A stretch of 64,000 nt of DNA from Lytechinus pictus (GCF_037042905.1 NC_087245.1:36892001-36956000), one strand, 5' to 3'. Shown: positions 36,021-51,013, counted from the first letter of the stretch. Notes: generated by a model not told the origin, from the letters alone. Numbers and translations are program-made.

Positions 36021-36764
36021 TGCTTGTTTAAGTTTTTCCAAGGAAAGATCAAGGGCACTTCAATATCGTTATCATACAAGATCAAGTACTGGTATTTTTT
36101 TTTCTCAAGTTTTACCATATATTCATTACCAAAGGCCTAACCTAATGTTAGCCTAACCCCTACAGCAAAGAATGAATTTAAATTTACGGCTAGTACTAAG
36201 CCTAAATTGTTTACCTTGACAGCCAATCACGGCTCGCCATTCAGCGTACATTGTCTATTTCGGTTCTATTACATATTGTTTTGCTCTAGCGTTTTAGTCA
36301 TTTCATGCGATTTTACTCTGATGCGTGCATGTCGAAAAGCTTCAGTATGTCCGTTTTGAAGGCTATATTACGATTTTGCGGTACCAAACACTTATTTAAA
36401 GAATGAATTGAAACAAGAAACTGAAGAGGGTATGGATTAACAGTTGGACACAAGATGTGGGTGCTTCCAACGAGACACATGTACATGTCCGTCTATTCTA
36501 TATCAAGGTCTCAAAAAGCCTTTACGAGTTGGCCATAATTTTAGACATCTCTGAGACTGACATTATAACCAAACGTATCCATGTACCTCATTCAACAGGA
36601 AAAATTAAGAAATATGGATGTTTCTTTCTACTTTTTAACAGATTTAAAGCTAAATGAAAGAAGTTGCAGAAAACGCTCATTTCATGAGTAAGTGTAAAAC
36701 CAGGCCATATCATACATGTACATGTACCATATCAATCATCCTACACATGTAGATACATGTACTG

Positions 36765-36920
36765 GGGCCCCGTTTCATAAAGACTTGCAACTGTTGTAAC
36801 TTTGCCATTATGGCAACTACCATGGAAACTTTGATTCTGATTGGCTGCTGAGCCATGTTACCATGGTAGTTGCCATTATGGCAAAGTTACAACAGTTGCA
36901 AGTCCTTTATGAAATGGCCC
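36765..36920. mobile_element. Near-perfect hairpin MITE
   Basis: About 60-bp arms TTTCATAAAGACTTGCAACTGTTGTAACTTTGCCAT..CCATGG; CTG/CAG flanks. Confidence 0.9.
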
Positions 36921-38395
36921 CAGATCGGGTGGGTGTTTCATAAAGCTGTTCCTGAGTTAAGAGCGACTTTAAAAACGACTGGTGATCTTTTTTTGTTGTA
37001 AATGGTAAATTTAATGAATTGGCGATGGTTTAGTGCGTAAGAAAGGTTCACCAGTAGTTCTTAAAGTCCCTCTCAACTTACGAACAGCTTTATGAAACGG
37101 CCTCCTGGTACATTTATATAAGCTGAACTTTGTGAAATCACGAAATTGAAGCTGAAAATAATCACACTGAAGTTCGCCAACACAGATGAGTACACATGGA
37201 AAGACCCGACAATTTGGTGAAATGTCATTCTTATTTTGCAGCAATTACACAATTTCTTAAGAATCCTTTGGCACCTAATTTTTTATTCAGTACAAAAAGA
37301 CACTTGGGTGGTCATTTTATAGGATTCTGTACCAACTCATTTTGAAATGGTTACAACTGGCATCTTTAAATCCATACTCAGCTACATGTACATGTAGAGC
37401 TAGGGAAGATCTATGAAGCAATTGGTGCACAGGACAACACAGAAAATACACCAGGGCGATGGGTGGATTCGCTCTCTGGATAGCAAAAAAAAAATGCCCA
37501 TAAATTTCCCCAAATTGAATGTTTGGGTGATAGTCTTTTCTAAAGTCACCCCAAGATCTGCTCAAAGCAATCTAAGAAAGTTAAGAAATCAATTTTATAA
37601 AATACAGCACACTGCTTTTTACAGCATAGTTGCTTGTCTAAGTATATGTATGTAGCCCTTGAAATGAAAGAAATAGCCTTGAAAAATTCAGCAATCATCT
37701 CCAATGTGGGGGAAAATGGCCCCTAAAAATAAAAATTATTTCCAACCCTGGGACACAAGCTTGTCGAAGAGCAATTAAAAACATTATCAACAGCTCCAAA
37801 ACCAATTAACATGAAGCCAATCTTTACATTATATGTGCAGACCCACTACAGAGCAAAAATCTAAAGTGTTTTTGTTCCTACGCAAGTGTAAAAACTAATC
37901 AATTTTTAAAGGTACAACTAATAATTGATAATTTATTGCACGGGCCGTGCGCAATTCGAGTTCGCCATTTTGGATTTGACGGTGAATTAATATGTGTGGT
38001 GTACTGCGAACCGGCTTCATATCACTGATTTTGAGACGTTTACAAGAAAGGGCAAGGAATGAGTCTGTGTCCGATAGTAAGTTTAGACACTGTAGAGTAT
38101 GCTTAATGTCTCTTTTTTACATGACGTGTTGCCTTTTTCTATTTATCGCCCAATGGTTCGGGTAGCCTAGCTAGGTCAGGTGTAGCGGAGGCCGGAGGGT
38201 TAGTGAATAGTGGAGTCTAAAGTTACACAGTACACATATCAGTGAGGTAGGCCTACTAGGTTTTGGCGTGGTTGAAGCCCGAGAGGGGGGGAGGGGGCAC
38301 TCACAAATAATGGTGGTACGGGGATGTGCCCCTTTGATGACCCCCTTTTTCAGACCCAATTTTCAATTCTCTAGACTCCAAATGACAAAAGTTCA

Positions 38396-38943
38396 AGGGG
38401 AATCCAACCCAAATAAAAACTTGTTTTTATAAAAAAAAGAAAAATCAGACAAGTTGATAGGTGAAAGTTTGAACATTGGACAAACAACAAGAAAGTTATA
38501 AAAATTTAAAAAGTTGTAAAATTGGCTGCATATGAGATGTCACAGTGATGTAAGGCAAGGACTACTCTTCCATGTACTCCAATACTTGGCTAAAATGTCA
38601 TTTTCCCCAAAAGTTTTATTTCAAATTATATTTTTCTTTTATGAGGACATGAAACAATATGCAACCTGGGTTTATTACTGCCCCAGGGGAATGGGTACTT
38701 AGGAGAAAACCACAAATCCCTGATAATTAAGTACATGGCCTATGGGAAAGTTGTCCTTGCCCCTTGTCATCATTTACTTACCCAGTTGCCAATTTGAAAT
38801 CTACATAGTATTAGTGATCTCAGTTTTAAAGCAGCTATAATTTTCTTATTGCTTGTCGGATTTCTTTCAAACGTTCACCATTTTGTTTGATTTATTTTTC
38901 TCCTTCCCAACACAACATTTTATGGAAAAGGCTGGATTCCCCT
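38396..38943. mobile_element. Kolobok-like MITE
   Basis: AGGGGAATCCAACC ... GGCTGGATTCCCCT. Confidence 0.7.
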
Positions 38944-39620
38944 TTATTCTTTAAGTTCAGAAGCAGCCCAGCCCCGGCACATCAAGGCACAAACTGGACC
39001 CTCAAAAAAAGGAAAAGTTACACCTCTGTCGCGTTCGTTCTCAGTATCGATCGGCCATTTTGTTTTCAATTTTGACAGGAGAACGAACGGAACGAGACGG
39101 AACTTTTCCTTTTTTTAAGCGCTATGGTGCAACGTACCTACACTGCAGTGCACAGTGCCTGCCGCGATCCCGTTCCATGACCATAGACTGTTTTTCACAC
39201 TTTGCAGTATCTCAAGTTCCCAAGACCCCGTATTCTACCCTTTTAGTCAATTCCTAACATTAGGCTTAGTTAGACCCCCATTTCAGAGTTTCGTGAGGTA
39301 CGGTACACCCCATCAAAAAATTATTTGAGTCCCCCCCCCCCCAGTTGATGAAGTTAAATAAATAATGACATTAATGTGCATTTGATATGATCAGTTAATA
39401 CAATCCACCATTTTGATCACCCCCTCTCACATTGATTCACTATTCAGCTCAGATCGTTCACATTCAGATGATTGCAATTGCACTTTCTCATTCATGTCAT
39501 TTTGCACTCCGCTGTCGCTGCGCTTTCCTCCGCACATCTCCACTCAACCAGTGATCCCACATCTACACTACAGTTATAAAAAATGTTACTTAAACGAACA
39601 AAATAACTTCAAATACTCAC

Positions 39621-39790
39621 CTTTCTGCTAGGGCTTTAAAACCCTTGAAAGTTGAAGAGTCCACAACTGTCACACTGATATCTGGTGGTATTTTCTGTTA
39701 CTTGTACATGAATATTTGAATTTACACGACAGTACGGTACGGAACCACGGGTAGCATAATTTGTACGGTATCTCTGTAAAAATGAATGCA
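39621..39790 (-). other. Probable non-coding first exon / promoter-proximal region of beta-catenin
   Basis: Strong AAG|GTGAGT donor at 39620, locally CpG-richer sequence and a TGACGT motif at about 39835. The ATG exon has an acceptor, so an upstream exon is required. The upper boundary is a guess. Confidence 0.45.
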
Positions 39791-40402
39791 CGTATAATCA
39801 ATTGAAAGCTCGATAACGCTAACCTGTCAATCAATGACGTAAAATCTGCGCACAAAGAATATAGTTCAAATATCAATATCAAATCGCAAACCTTAGATAA
39901 ATTAATTTATGATATGTGCATCTTTCTCAAAAAATGACAAGAAAAAAGGTAATTTCATTCCCATTCTGCCATTTTAGTATCTTAAATTGCAATAAAATCA
40001 TATAAACTTCATCAAAATTTGCGGATGGATATATGTCTGGTAGTGCTTCGGTTGTAGTCTGACTTATTCACTTGGAATGCTTTTATTGTTGATGATAAAA
40101 GGGGTGCATTGTAGTTTGTACAGGTGGGTAGGTCAAATGACTGATTGATTGACTTGAACGACGAATGACTTTTGCTCTTGGCGGATTCAAGTCATTAGCC
40201 ATCTGAAGTATTCATTCTTGAAACTGATTCAGAAATTATTTCCTCATATTTCGCCAAAAGTTCGAATTCTGATAGACATGTACGTGGATCGAGGGTTTGT
40301 CAGATCTGAAAACCTTCCTTGTTTGGAAGCACTCTTCCTATCATAGCTATCATAGGAACTTGGTAACTTTCTTCTTTTTTTTATTAGGAAACTATATCTA
40401 TT

Positions 40403-42756
40403 ACAGGGGCGGATCTAGCCTTCGCCAATGGGGAGGGGGCGGATTTATTTTTCCAGCCATATCCGGCCAAACGGCCGCTCGAAGTTGATTTTTGTTTCTT
40501 TCTTAGCGGCTTCTTAGCTTTATTCTTATAACATAAATATATGATTATCTCATAATCTAAATATTGCGATCACGAGGCGCGAGCTTAACTTTTTTTAATT
40601 TTATGTATATCTTGTTGTAAAATTTGAACATTTTGGGCAATGTTTGTGATCCTGAACAAGATGTGTATGCAACTGCGAGCGCGAAGCCCGAGCAGAAATT
40701 TCGAAAAGGGACCTGTACAGTTAATGCTAAGTTGCAATCAGGCCTTAACAGTATTAAGGCCTGCTTGCAGTTAGCCATGAAGACGTTACATAATTCAACA
40801 ATCAAATAATGCGAGCGCGAGCTGAACATTTTTGACAGTAAGCTTTGTAATCATGAACAGGATAGCTATGATGAGAGCGCGAATTAAGCGCGATCGAGCG
40901 GAAAATTTTTGATATTCTGATCTGAAACTGGAAAATTATTTAAATATATAAAAAGCTGCGTATCTCAATAGCATGCATACGCGTGTTTCAGATTTAGACC
41001 TAGAATCTCGGCACTCTAAATACACTTTTTCCCATGAAAATCAACAAAGCGAGCGCGAAGCGCAAGCTTAAAATAGGGCCTATTTTATACTCCGATCTGA
41101 AAAAAAAAATCAATTTAAGCTCTATATTTCAAGCACTTCGTAGGAAAATTGTGAGGTGGATATGGATCGCACTTAATAAAGAGCTGATACTTTTCATTAT
41201 TATTTCTTTGAGTTTGACATAATTAGGACCGGGACATTCTAAGGACATTTCGTCATAGCATATGAAAATGATGACTATCTTCCTATTTCTCTTTCTAAGC
41301 GCGAGATGAAACTTGTCGATAGGCCTATTCCATTCTGAAAAAAGGGACAATTTAATTATGACTGGATTAAAATCTTATTTTTTTATCTCAATGATTTAAT
41401 AAGCCTTATTAGAGCGCGAAATCTGTTATGGCCTGAAAACTGAACATATAAATGGATGGTCCAGGCTGGACATATTTATATCTCAATAAAGAGAGTCATT
41501 CACAGAGCAAAATGCTGAAAATTTGATCAAAATCGGATAACAAATTAAAGATTTCTGGTGAAACAGTTCTAGGCGTGTCTTTATGAATATTCATTAGGTG
41601 GGCAGATGATGTCATATCCCGACTTGTTCTTTTGTATTTTATTGTATGAAATTAGGTTTATTCAAAATTATTCTACCAACAACTAAAACTTTACTTACTT
41701 TACTTTATACTTTTATCCAACGATGCTTGTAGGACTATGCCTGATCATCGGATTGACAACTGATTGAGTGCATTAGGTATTTATTGCCGCAACTTATTTC
41801 ATTATAATGGAGACACATCATTTACACATGTATGAAATGAAACATTTATGATTTCATGTAATAACATAAAAAAGAAAAAAGGTGGAAATGTGACATCATC
41901 AGCCCAACTAATGAGTATTCATGCATGATATGCATATAACTGTTTTCATAAAATGTTGATAAACTTTAAAATTCAATAACTTCGTTATTTGCTATCCGAT
42001 TTTGATGAAATTTTCAGCATTTTGCTATGTGTATTTTACTATATTCATTTAGATATAAATATTTTCAGCCCGGACCATCCCTTCAAGCATTTTTGTAGTT
42101 ATGTATAAGATGCATGAGTTGATATATTTTTAACAATTAATGCGAGCCGAAGTTTTTGATAAACTGTCATGAAATGGGGATTTTAAGTAGTTGGTTATAA
42201 AATTAATAGCCTATTGAGATATATACATCACTCACCAATCAAAATACAGCGTGCAGCGCTAGCTGATACGTTTTGACAATCATACCTGAATAGGGATATT
42301 TTGAGAACTTTATGGAATACACGAAAATAATAAGTACCTCACAAATAATAAGTGCCTCGTAACGCGAGCAGAAAATTTTACTATTTAGACCATAAAAATG
42401 ACATTTTTACAGAGCACTTAAAAAAAATCAATTTGTAAATCAAACAAAATAATGAAAGTTCGATTTCCGAACTGAAATATGTTTTGTAAATTGATTTCAA
42501 AACTTGATATCTTAAGCTCGATAATGAGCAAGATATGCAAATCACCTAATTGGCAATGCGAGCGCGAAGTGCGAACGAAAATTTTGTAGAGTGACATGAA
42601 AGATTTTTTTTCTTCCAAGTCTTCCGCTCATCTGATTTTATTCACTCGTATTCCTCCTCTTATTTTTCCTCTTCTTTTTTCTCCTCTCTTTTCCCTTCTT
42701 TACTACTTTTCTTTCTTACCCTTTTTTGCTCCGCCAATGGGGGGGGGGGGGGGGGC
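40403..42756. mobile_element. Repeat with periodic GCGAGCGCGAAGC motifs, interrupted by a Kolobok-like MITE (41452-42082)
   Basis: CAGGGGCGGATC start; about 10 GCGAGCGCG variants; nested GGATGGTCC..GGACCATCC element (deleted copy at 59752-59930). Confidence 0.6.
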
Positions 42757-44956
42757 TGCAGCAGAGTTACATTAAAGACCAATCAATAGGAGGCCCCGTG
42801 GGAGGCCATAAATGACTAGCGTATCCATATATCCCAAAACCGTTTTTCAGAGAGAGAGAGAGAGAGCCTAAAGGGGGGGGGGGGGGGGCTGGCCGGTGGC
42901 CTGTAAAATCATCCCACACTTAATTAAGACAGAAAAACACGTTTTAATCATCAAACTAGTAATACTACTGTTAATGCGTGGCTGTAACGTAACGGGGTTA
43001 CCATGCGCGACCGAAAAACTCATAAAAATCATGCCTTTTTCAAGATAGGGCACGTTACGTACGTAACGTAATAAGGGTGTCAAAACACTAAAATAATGAA
43101 AAAAGGGGTATCTATTTCGCTAGGAAAGTTACGTGTTAATTAATGTCAAATTTTGCGAGGGTAGAAGACTAAAATATTACATAAAGGATATCCTCATATC
43201 CACATCTCTCATTTTCTTTCTTTCTTAGTCATTGTTTTAGAACCAATTACAAGAATACATCATAGTACTGATAATAAAATTGAAGAAAAATCAGACAAGC
43301 CAAACAATGAAAAATTAAATTTTATCAAAATCAGACAAGTAATAACGAAGTTCTTGCATTTCTAACTTATTTCGGTAAAACAGTTCTAGGCATGTCTTTA
43401 TGAATATTCAAAGCTCAAACTGATATTCACTCGTGTTCTGCATTTGTATAATTACATGAAGTTATGTTTATTCAAATTTTGTCCTCCAAGAACTAAAAAA
43501 AAAATATATAGGATTGACAAATGATTTTTTGCATTATAATGTAGGCCTGTTGCTTTTATAAACTGATCTGAAAACTATATAATAATAATATACCAAGTAT
43601 ATTTCAGCGCCTTGAGCACATAATCAATGTGGATTTGGCGCTTTATAAATACTCTATATTATTATTATTATTATTATATATTTTGAGGGCCATTTGAAAT
43701 CATGAGCAAAGCAAACGTAACTCACTAAATAAAATAAAAACGAGTGCGAAGCGCGTGCTGATTAAAAAAATAATAATTATATCCCCTTTTTCGCCGCCAA
43801 TATGGTGGGTGGAGGGCGGTTCGCCCCCTGGATCCGCCTATGACTATTCTCTCATTTTGTTTTACATAATAAGAGTTGCTAGAGTTGTCATACGGGACAT
43901 CATCAATATGATTTCTTTTTTTTAATGTCAGAATTATCGAATATACGATAGGCAAAGGCATCAAGGCAGGGGGGGGGGGTAGGATCATCTATCAAAAACC
44001 CATTTTCAATGACCCCTGCATTTTAGATAACTGAAACTCGAAATCGATCAATCGCCACCTTTTCTATTTTTTGTTGTTGTAAAATTACTTTTCTTGTTCG
44101 CGCAAAAAGTTTCCTCATTGGACAGTATTTGAACAGTAGATGGGGTACTTTCTCGGCGTCATACAGTACAGGGCACATAGGAGTAACTCGGACTCACATT
44201 CACTCACGTAGCTCACAAAATCATTGAAATCAACCCCTATATAGATTTCGATGTATTATACATTCATAAAAAACATATTGCCGAATTTTTATGAATTATT
44301 TTATTTTAAAAAAATCACGTGATCTTTACTTGCACCTGTCCGAAAAGCATTGCACGGTAATGATTTACTCGTGTGTGTAGGTGCCCTGTATGAGCTGTAC
44401 TTATCTTGAAATGTTAAACGGGGAGGGGGGGGGGGGCTAGCTGGGGTGGGAAACGTTACCCCCCCTTTTTTTTTTGCTGTGAGCAGGGCGGGAGTGGGGG
44501 ATCCAAGTGAAATGATGAAGAGGGCAATAATAAGCACAATAAATATAGGCCTACTATAAAATAATTAAACAATTATGATCAGCCTTGATAATCATGATGA
44601 TCTACGTACGTGACACACGGGTCTTCAGTATGTTTTAGATCCATAACAATATGGAGAGGGCAAATGCCCGTTGCGAGAGTAGTACCAGTATTCTTTAAAC
44701 TTTCAGGCGCTTGCCCTTCACCAGTAAGTCATGGAGTCAGGCTTTAGAGTATCTTTTTAAGATTGACCTTCCACCATGTCCATAGCTCTACATGTCGGCT
44801 CCGTGGAACAGGTCAAGTGCCATCTGCGGTAAGCTACATACAACTTTTCTCGAGAAGTCCCATTTCTCTCTCAAAAGTCTACCTTTGTACACGACACATG
44901 GCTGATACATCGTGTTTTAGTGGTGATGGTGGCGTTGGTGGCGGCGGCGGTAATAA

Positions 44957-44963
44957 TAGTAGT

Positions 44964-45014
<51 letters not shown>

Positions 45015-45111
45015 GTAGTAGAAGTAGTAGTAATAATAGTAGGGTAGTAGTATTATATTAGTAGTAGTAGTAGTAGTAGTAGTAGTAGCAGCAGGAGAAG
45101 AAGAAGTATAC

Positions 45112-45149
<38 letters not shown>

Positions 45150-45170
45150 TATAGTAGTAGCAGTAGTAGC

Positions 45171-45202
<32 letters not shown>

Positions 45203-45350
45203 CAGTAGTAGTAGTAGTATTAGTAGCAGTAGTAGTAGTAGCAGTAGTAGTAGCAGTAGTAGTAGTAGTATTAGTAGTAGTAGTAGTAGCTAGTAGTAGT
45301 AGTAGTAGTAATAGCAGTAGTAGTAGTATTGTAGAAGAAGAAGAAGTAGA
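44957..45350. repeat. (TAG)n microsatellite
   Basis: Directly visible. Confidence 0.97.
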
Positions 45351-46295
45351 ATATTAAGTAGGGATAGTTCATTATGTTGTTGCTATAAAAGGAGGAGGAG
45401 AAGTATAATAGTTGCATGCATTCCCTTTCTCTGTTACCATTCAATGGATTGGTTTGAGAACGCTCCGTTAAGTATAAAATTGCTTAGCACTATCGATATC
45501 ATCATCAACATCATCATCATCTTCATCATCATCATCATTTTCTTTTCCTAGAACGGCTCAAATTGCTTTACAGCATATTAAACAAATATCAAACTGAATT
45601 ACTTTTTGTACCAAACTTATTAGAAAGAAATAATTTTTGTAGTTTCAGTTGAAAACTGCTTCAATAATTTCATTTGTTATGGCAAGTTTCTCTAATTTTT
45701 AACATGAAATGTTCATGTACAGGCCTATAGGCAATTGACTTTTAATATCAAATTATGAATAAACCGAATGTCTTGAGAAGGGGGGGGGGTTGGAGAAAAA
45801 GAGAGAGAGGGGGAGGCAGGGAGAGAGAGGGAGAGAGAGAACACGATGTTTTGACAATTATTTTTCATGAATATACACTTCGCTTTACCTGGTATTTACA
45901 CTTACAGAGGAACTTAATACCAGCTAAAGGCGAATAAACTTGATTAACTACACATTTATATTTACTTTTGAATGTCCAGAAAACAGCAATTTCACGTCAT
46001 CATTCTTGTCAAGAAGTGAACGTGTATGGAAGGCTTTTATCTTTTCGTTATTTTTATGAACCACCCTAAGCATCATCCCTCTGTGACTTTGAAATGAATT
46101 TGACCTTTCAATCGCTGCTTCCATATAAACAATCATCCACACATTCACTTTACGTTGACATCTGTAGAGAGCTTTTCCCCAGCGAACTATACTCTCACAC
46201 GCCTCACACGTACAGTCAATAATCTTGCAAAGTATTTTCTTTTAGCTAGTAGAGTACAACCTGCATAGCTATTAAATCACTTACAAAATCACAAT

Positions 46296-47236
46296 CATAA
46301 TCGTCATCATCATCATCACTTATCATCATCCTCATCATCATCTCCATCATTATCATCATCACAATCGGAATCATCATTATTAATATCATTATCATCATCA
46401 CTTATCATCACATGTTATCATCACCATTATCATAATCATCATCACCATCATCTTCATCATTATCATCATCATCATTATCATCATCACTCATCATAATCAT
46501 CAATATCACCACCATCATAACCATTACCATCCTCATTAGCATCATCACCATCATTACTATCATTATCGTCATCATTATCATTATCATCATCATCATCATC
46601 ATCATCATCACCATCATCATCATCACCATCATCTTCATCATTATCACCATTACCATCATCATTAGCATCATCACCATCATCACTATCATAATCGTCATCA
46701 TCATCATAATCGTCATCATCTTCATCACCATAATTATCATCACTTATCATCATCCTCACCATCATCATCCTCATCATTATCATCATCATCACCATCAGCA
46801 TCATCATTATTATCATCATTATCATCATCACTTATTATCATCACCATCATCATCATCATCATCTTCATCATTATCATCATCATCATCATCATCATCATCA
46901 TTATCATCATCACTCATCGTAATCATCATTATCACTACCATCATCACCATTACCATCATCATTAGCATCATCACCATCATCACTATCATAATCGTCATAA
47001 TCATCATAATCGTCATCATCTTCATCATCATAATCATCATCACTTATCTCCATCATCACCATCATTATCATCATCATCACCATCAGCATCATCATTATCA
47101 TCATCACTTATTATCATCACCATCATCATCATCATCACCATCACTCATCATCTTCACCACCACCACCACCACCACCATCATCATCATCATCGTCATCATC
47201 ATCATCACCATCATCATCACTCATTATCATCATCAA

Positions 47237-47268
<32 letters not shown>

Positions 47269-47641
47269 TCACAACCGCCACAATCATCACCACCACTATC
47301 ATCATAATCGTCATCCTTCTCATCATCACCATCATCATCATCTCCATCATTATCATTAGCATCATTATTATCATCGTCATCATCATCACTTATTATCATC
47401 ATCATCACCACCAGCATATCATCATCATCGTCATCACAACCGCTACAATCATCACCACCACCAACATCATAATCGTCATCATCATCATCATCATCATCAT
47501 CATCAAGATTCATGGTGTTCCGTTAAAACTACTACACTATTCTTCTTCGCCATGGAAACCTTCAGAAGTTACATCATCATCGTCATCATCATCATTATCA
47601 TCACCACCACCATCACAACCACCACCACCAGCATCATCATC
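46296..47641. repeat. Degenerate (CAT)n/(CAC)n array with higher-order structure
   Basis: Directly visible; variant blocks recur. Confidence 0.97.
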
Positions 47642-48367
47642 TTGGGATTACGCCCCCTTGCACCCCACGTAATGATGAGGATGCCCACTGCTCACAGACT
47701 TCATCACGGCGCGGCGGAAGCCCTTCCTTCGTCTCCGTGAGCTAGCTCGCGTCTCTAAACCGCTCAAAACCAAAGAGGATATAACATTACATATTTGTGG
47801 GCATGTAATATTTCATAGCGGGATTTCATACTCCATTCATATTTGCGTGGGTTGGTGGTGTAGTTTTGTGACCCTACTGGACCTTTTTGTAGTGGTTTGT
47901 AGTGGCGGTGTTTATAGTCAGAAGGGTCGTTGTATAGTACTATATTGCTCTCCTCTTCGATGTGAGCCCATATTGTTACTGGGTGATGATACCCATCTAT
48001 ATACCCAAAGACGAGATATGTGAACGCATTATCCAATCTTAGCAAGAACCATTAAAGTGAAAGTTTTGACTCCGTCAAACAAGTCATATATTTGTGAATT
48101 TGGATAAGCATGAACAGTAGATGAAACGACAAGCGATCCGTCAGGTTTTTTTTTTCTATCTCAACTTGATTTATCATGAGCACTGAGCCTGCATGAGGTA
48201 AGTGTATCTATATTTGGTTAATATATGAGTGTACTGTGTACTGCGGAATTCTATCAATAAGACCAAGGAGATATCACCTATCTCCTTGATTATGACCCCG
48301 TCATGTAATTTCATCTCATTTTCACACTTTTTGTCAATTTCAAACAAAACACTGCTGCTGGGGCTGC

Positions 48368-48716
<349 letters not shown>

Positions 48717-50791
48717 CTTATGCTGCTGCAAACTAACTGCCTATTTTTTCTGATACTATTTACGCTGATGTTGTTGCTATGCTGTCACTGTTGTTACTTT
48801 TGTTACAACACCATCAACATCAATATTACAGTTTTGAAATATTACTATACTATTACTATAAAATCAATTTCTGATATTCAAGGTTACCATTGCAATGTGA
48901 AAAGAAAATATCAAAAAGAGATCTAAGGACAGTAAATTCAATGCTAAATAAGAAGAGATAAAGAGATAAAGATAACAATGTGAATACCATTCAATCATTC
49001 ACACGTATACAGTCCTATACTGTTGAGAACTTGAGATATTAATGCAAGAAATAATATTCAATGACCCGCTTCTGAACTATCTCTGCATTCATTGCATTCT
49101 TTTGCCGACAATAACATGACAATTTGACTCTTTGTGTTCGTCTATCATCAAAACCTTTTAGGGTCTACTGACCGAGAAACGTCATTGACTGAGGTCATGA
49201 TGGCTTGACGTTAAACTTGACAGAACCCCCCCCCCCCTAGTTCTTACGATTATTATGTCAACATTACAACAAATGGAAATAATTGTTAAAATCATAATAC
49301 ACCTTTCAGTAAGTTGAGTTAGTATATCTATAGTTTCTCATATTATGGATAATAAATTCCCCAATTGAATATACAGGTAGGTTTACTGGTATATGGTTCC
49401 TCATTAGATTTTGACTTCCGCGCAAATGCCATGTATTTTGTAATTAATTGTTTAAAACAAACTTATTGAAACAAATCACTATGAAAACAAAATTCATGGA
49501 CAAAACAATTAGAGCAAAAAAGAATAATACAAACTGAATCGAATAATCAATTGTATTTCTTTCAAACAAATAAAAGTCTCGCACTCTCTTGGCACAGTGT
49601 TATACCACAACAATGGAGTTGAGATACAATAAAGCTCAATGTTATATGACATAATTATTTGAAGGTGCTCAGAATATGACAATTAACGCGATTTGTTTAC
49701 CACAACCATATATGTATCTTTATCCACGACCACACAACTTGTAATGTAATAAATATTTATTTACTATTTATATGCAGTATTGACTTCAAAATGATCGGCA
49801 AACACTAATTTATTTTTTCGTTAATTCCAAAGGAATGTCGTATATACAACCGCAGTGTATAGAAAGACACCGCTACAGTATTAATATGTTAAATATAAAA
49901 CATGAAGGTCATTTTTGGTATGATGATATCGTAATTTATTTATGCAAGATGACACATCATTTACCTCAAAAATAGTCTTTTGAGGGTCAGTAGAAATGGC
50001 CTTCATTTTGCATTCAGATGAAAAGTGTTTATTTATTTGATTTAATTTTTGGTTCATATCTTTATTTCCATAGAAAAGAAATCAAACTGTAAAATGTGTA
50101 GCCAGGGTCTAAAATAATTAATCTTTTATTTGTTTTCTACATTTGATCTTTTGGTCCGGATGTACCCGCAACAATATGATGAAATGTGGCCCAAATTTAC
50201 CATATTATAAATCATAAAATTAAAATGAATGGTAGAAAGTTATCAAATAAACTAATGAAATAAAAATTAACACAATTTATAAATCTGTCCAAATATATGA
50301 AAAATGTGTATTTCCTTTTGTTCTCATCGAATTGGCAAAGATGCCCGCGAATCCAAACCCTTCTTAATCGTAAATGACGATACCTACAAGCAGTATGTGA
50401 ACAGGTCTACCACCCCCCCCCCCCCTGCACACGCATGCTTTCTTGTCAAGTTCAAAGTTGATCGCCAAAAAATTGTCGTAGCTTCACTTCACAAGTAAAT
50501 AAACAGCGAGCCGTATATCCTTTATAGTTTGGTTTAAAAATCATTATATCCCAACGATAATATTTCATGTTTCATTTTTCTACTTTTTAAAATAATTAGT
50601 AAATTGTAAAGGATCACGTCGGTCGGTCGTGTCACTGCCCAAAGGGGCGTCCCTTTTTTTAGGGGCATCTGTTTTCAAGCCATTGTGCTTATGACTGCCC
50701 CCTCCCAAGCAATGACTATTGTTATTTTACCATGTAATGTTATTGTTCATTCATTTTATAGTGTGCTTTCATTTGTTGCATGGAAGTTAAA

Positions 50792-50933
50792 TAATCAATC
50801 AATCAGCCAATCAATCAATCAAGCAATCAGTCAATTAATAATCAATAAATTAATGATTCAATCAATCAATAATCAATTAATCAATCAATCAATCAGCCAA
50901 TCAATCAAGCAATTTATAATCAATAAATTAATA

Positions 50934-50980
<47 letters not shown>

Positions 50981-50982
50981 AG

Positions 50983-51013
<31 letters not shown>

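Noticed and set aside
46408..47513. Poly-Asp and poly-Met ORFs resembling acidic biomineralisation proteins
   Set aside because: They are translations of the (CAT)n microsatellite; frames are broken by single-base shifts, with no signal peptide or splice support.
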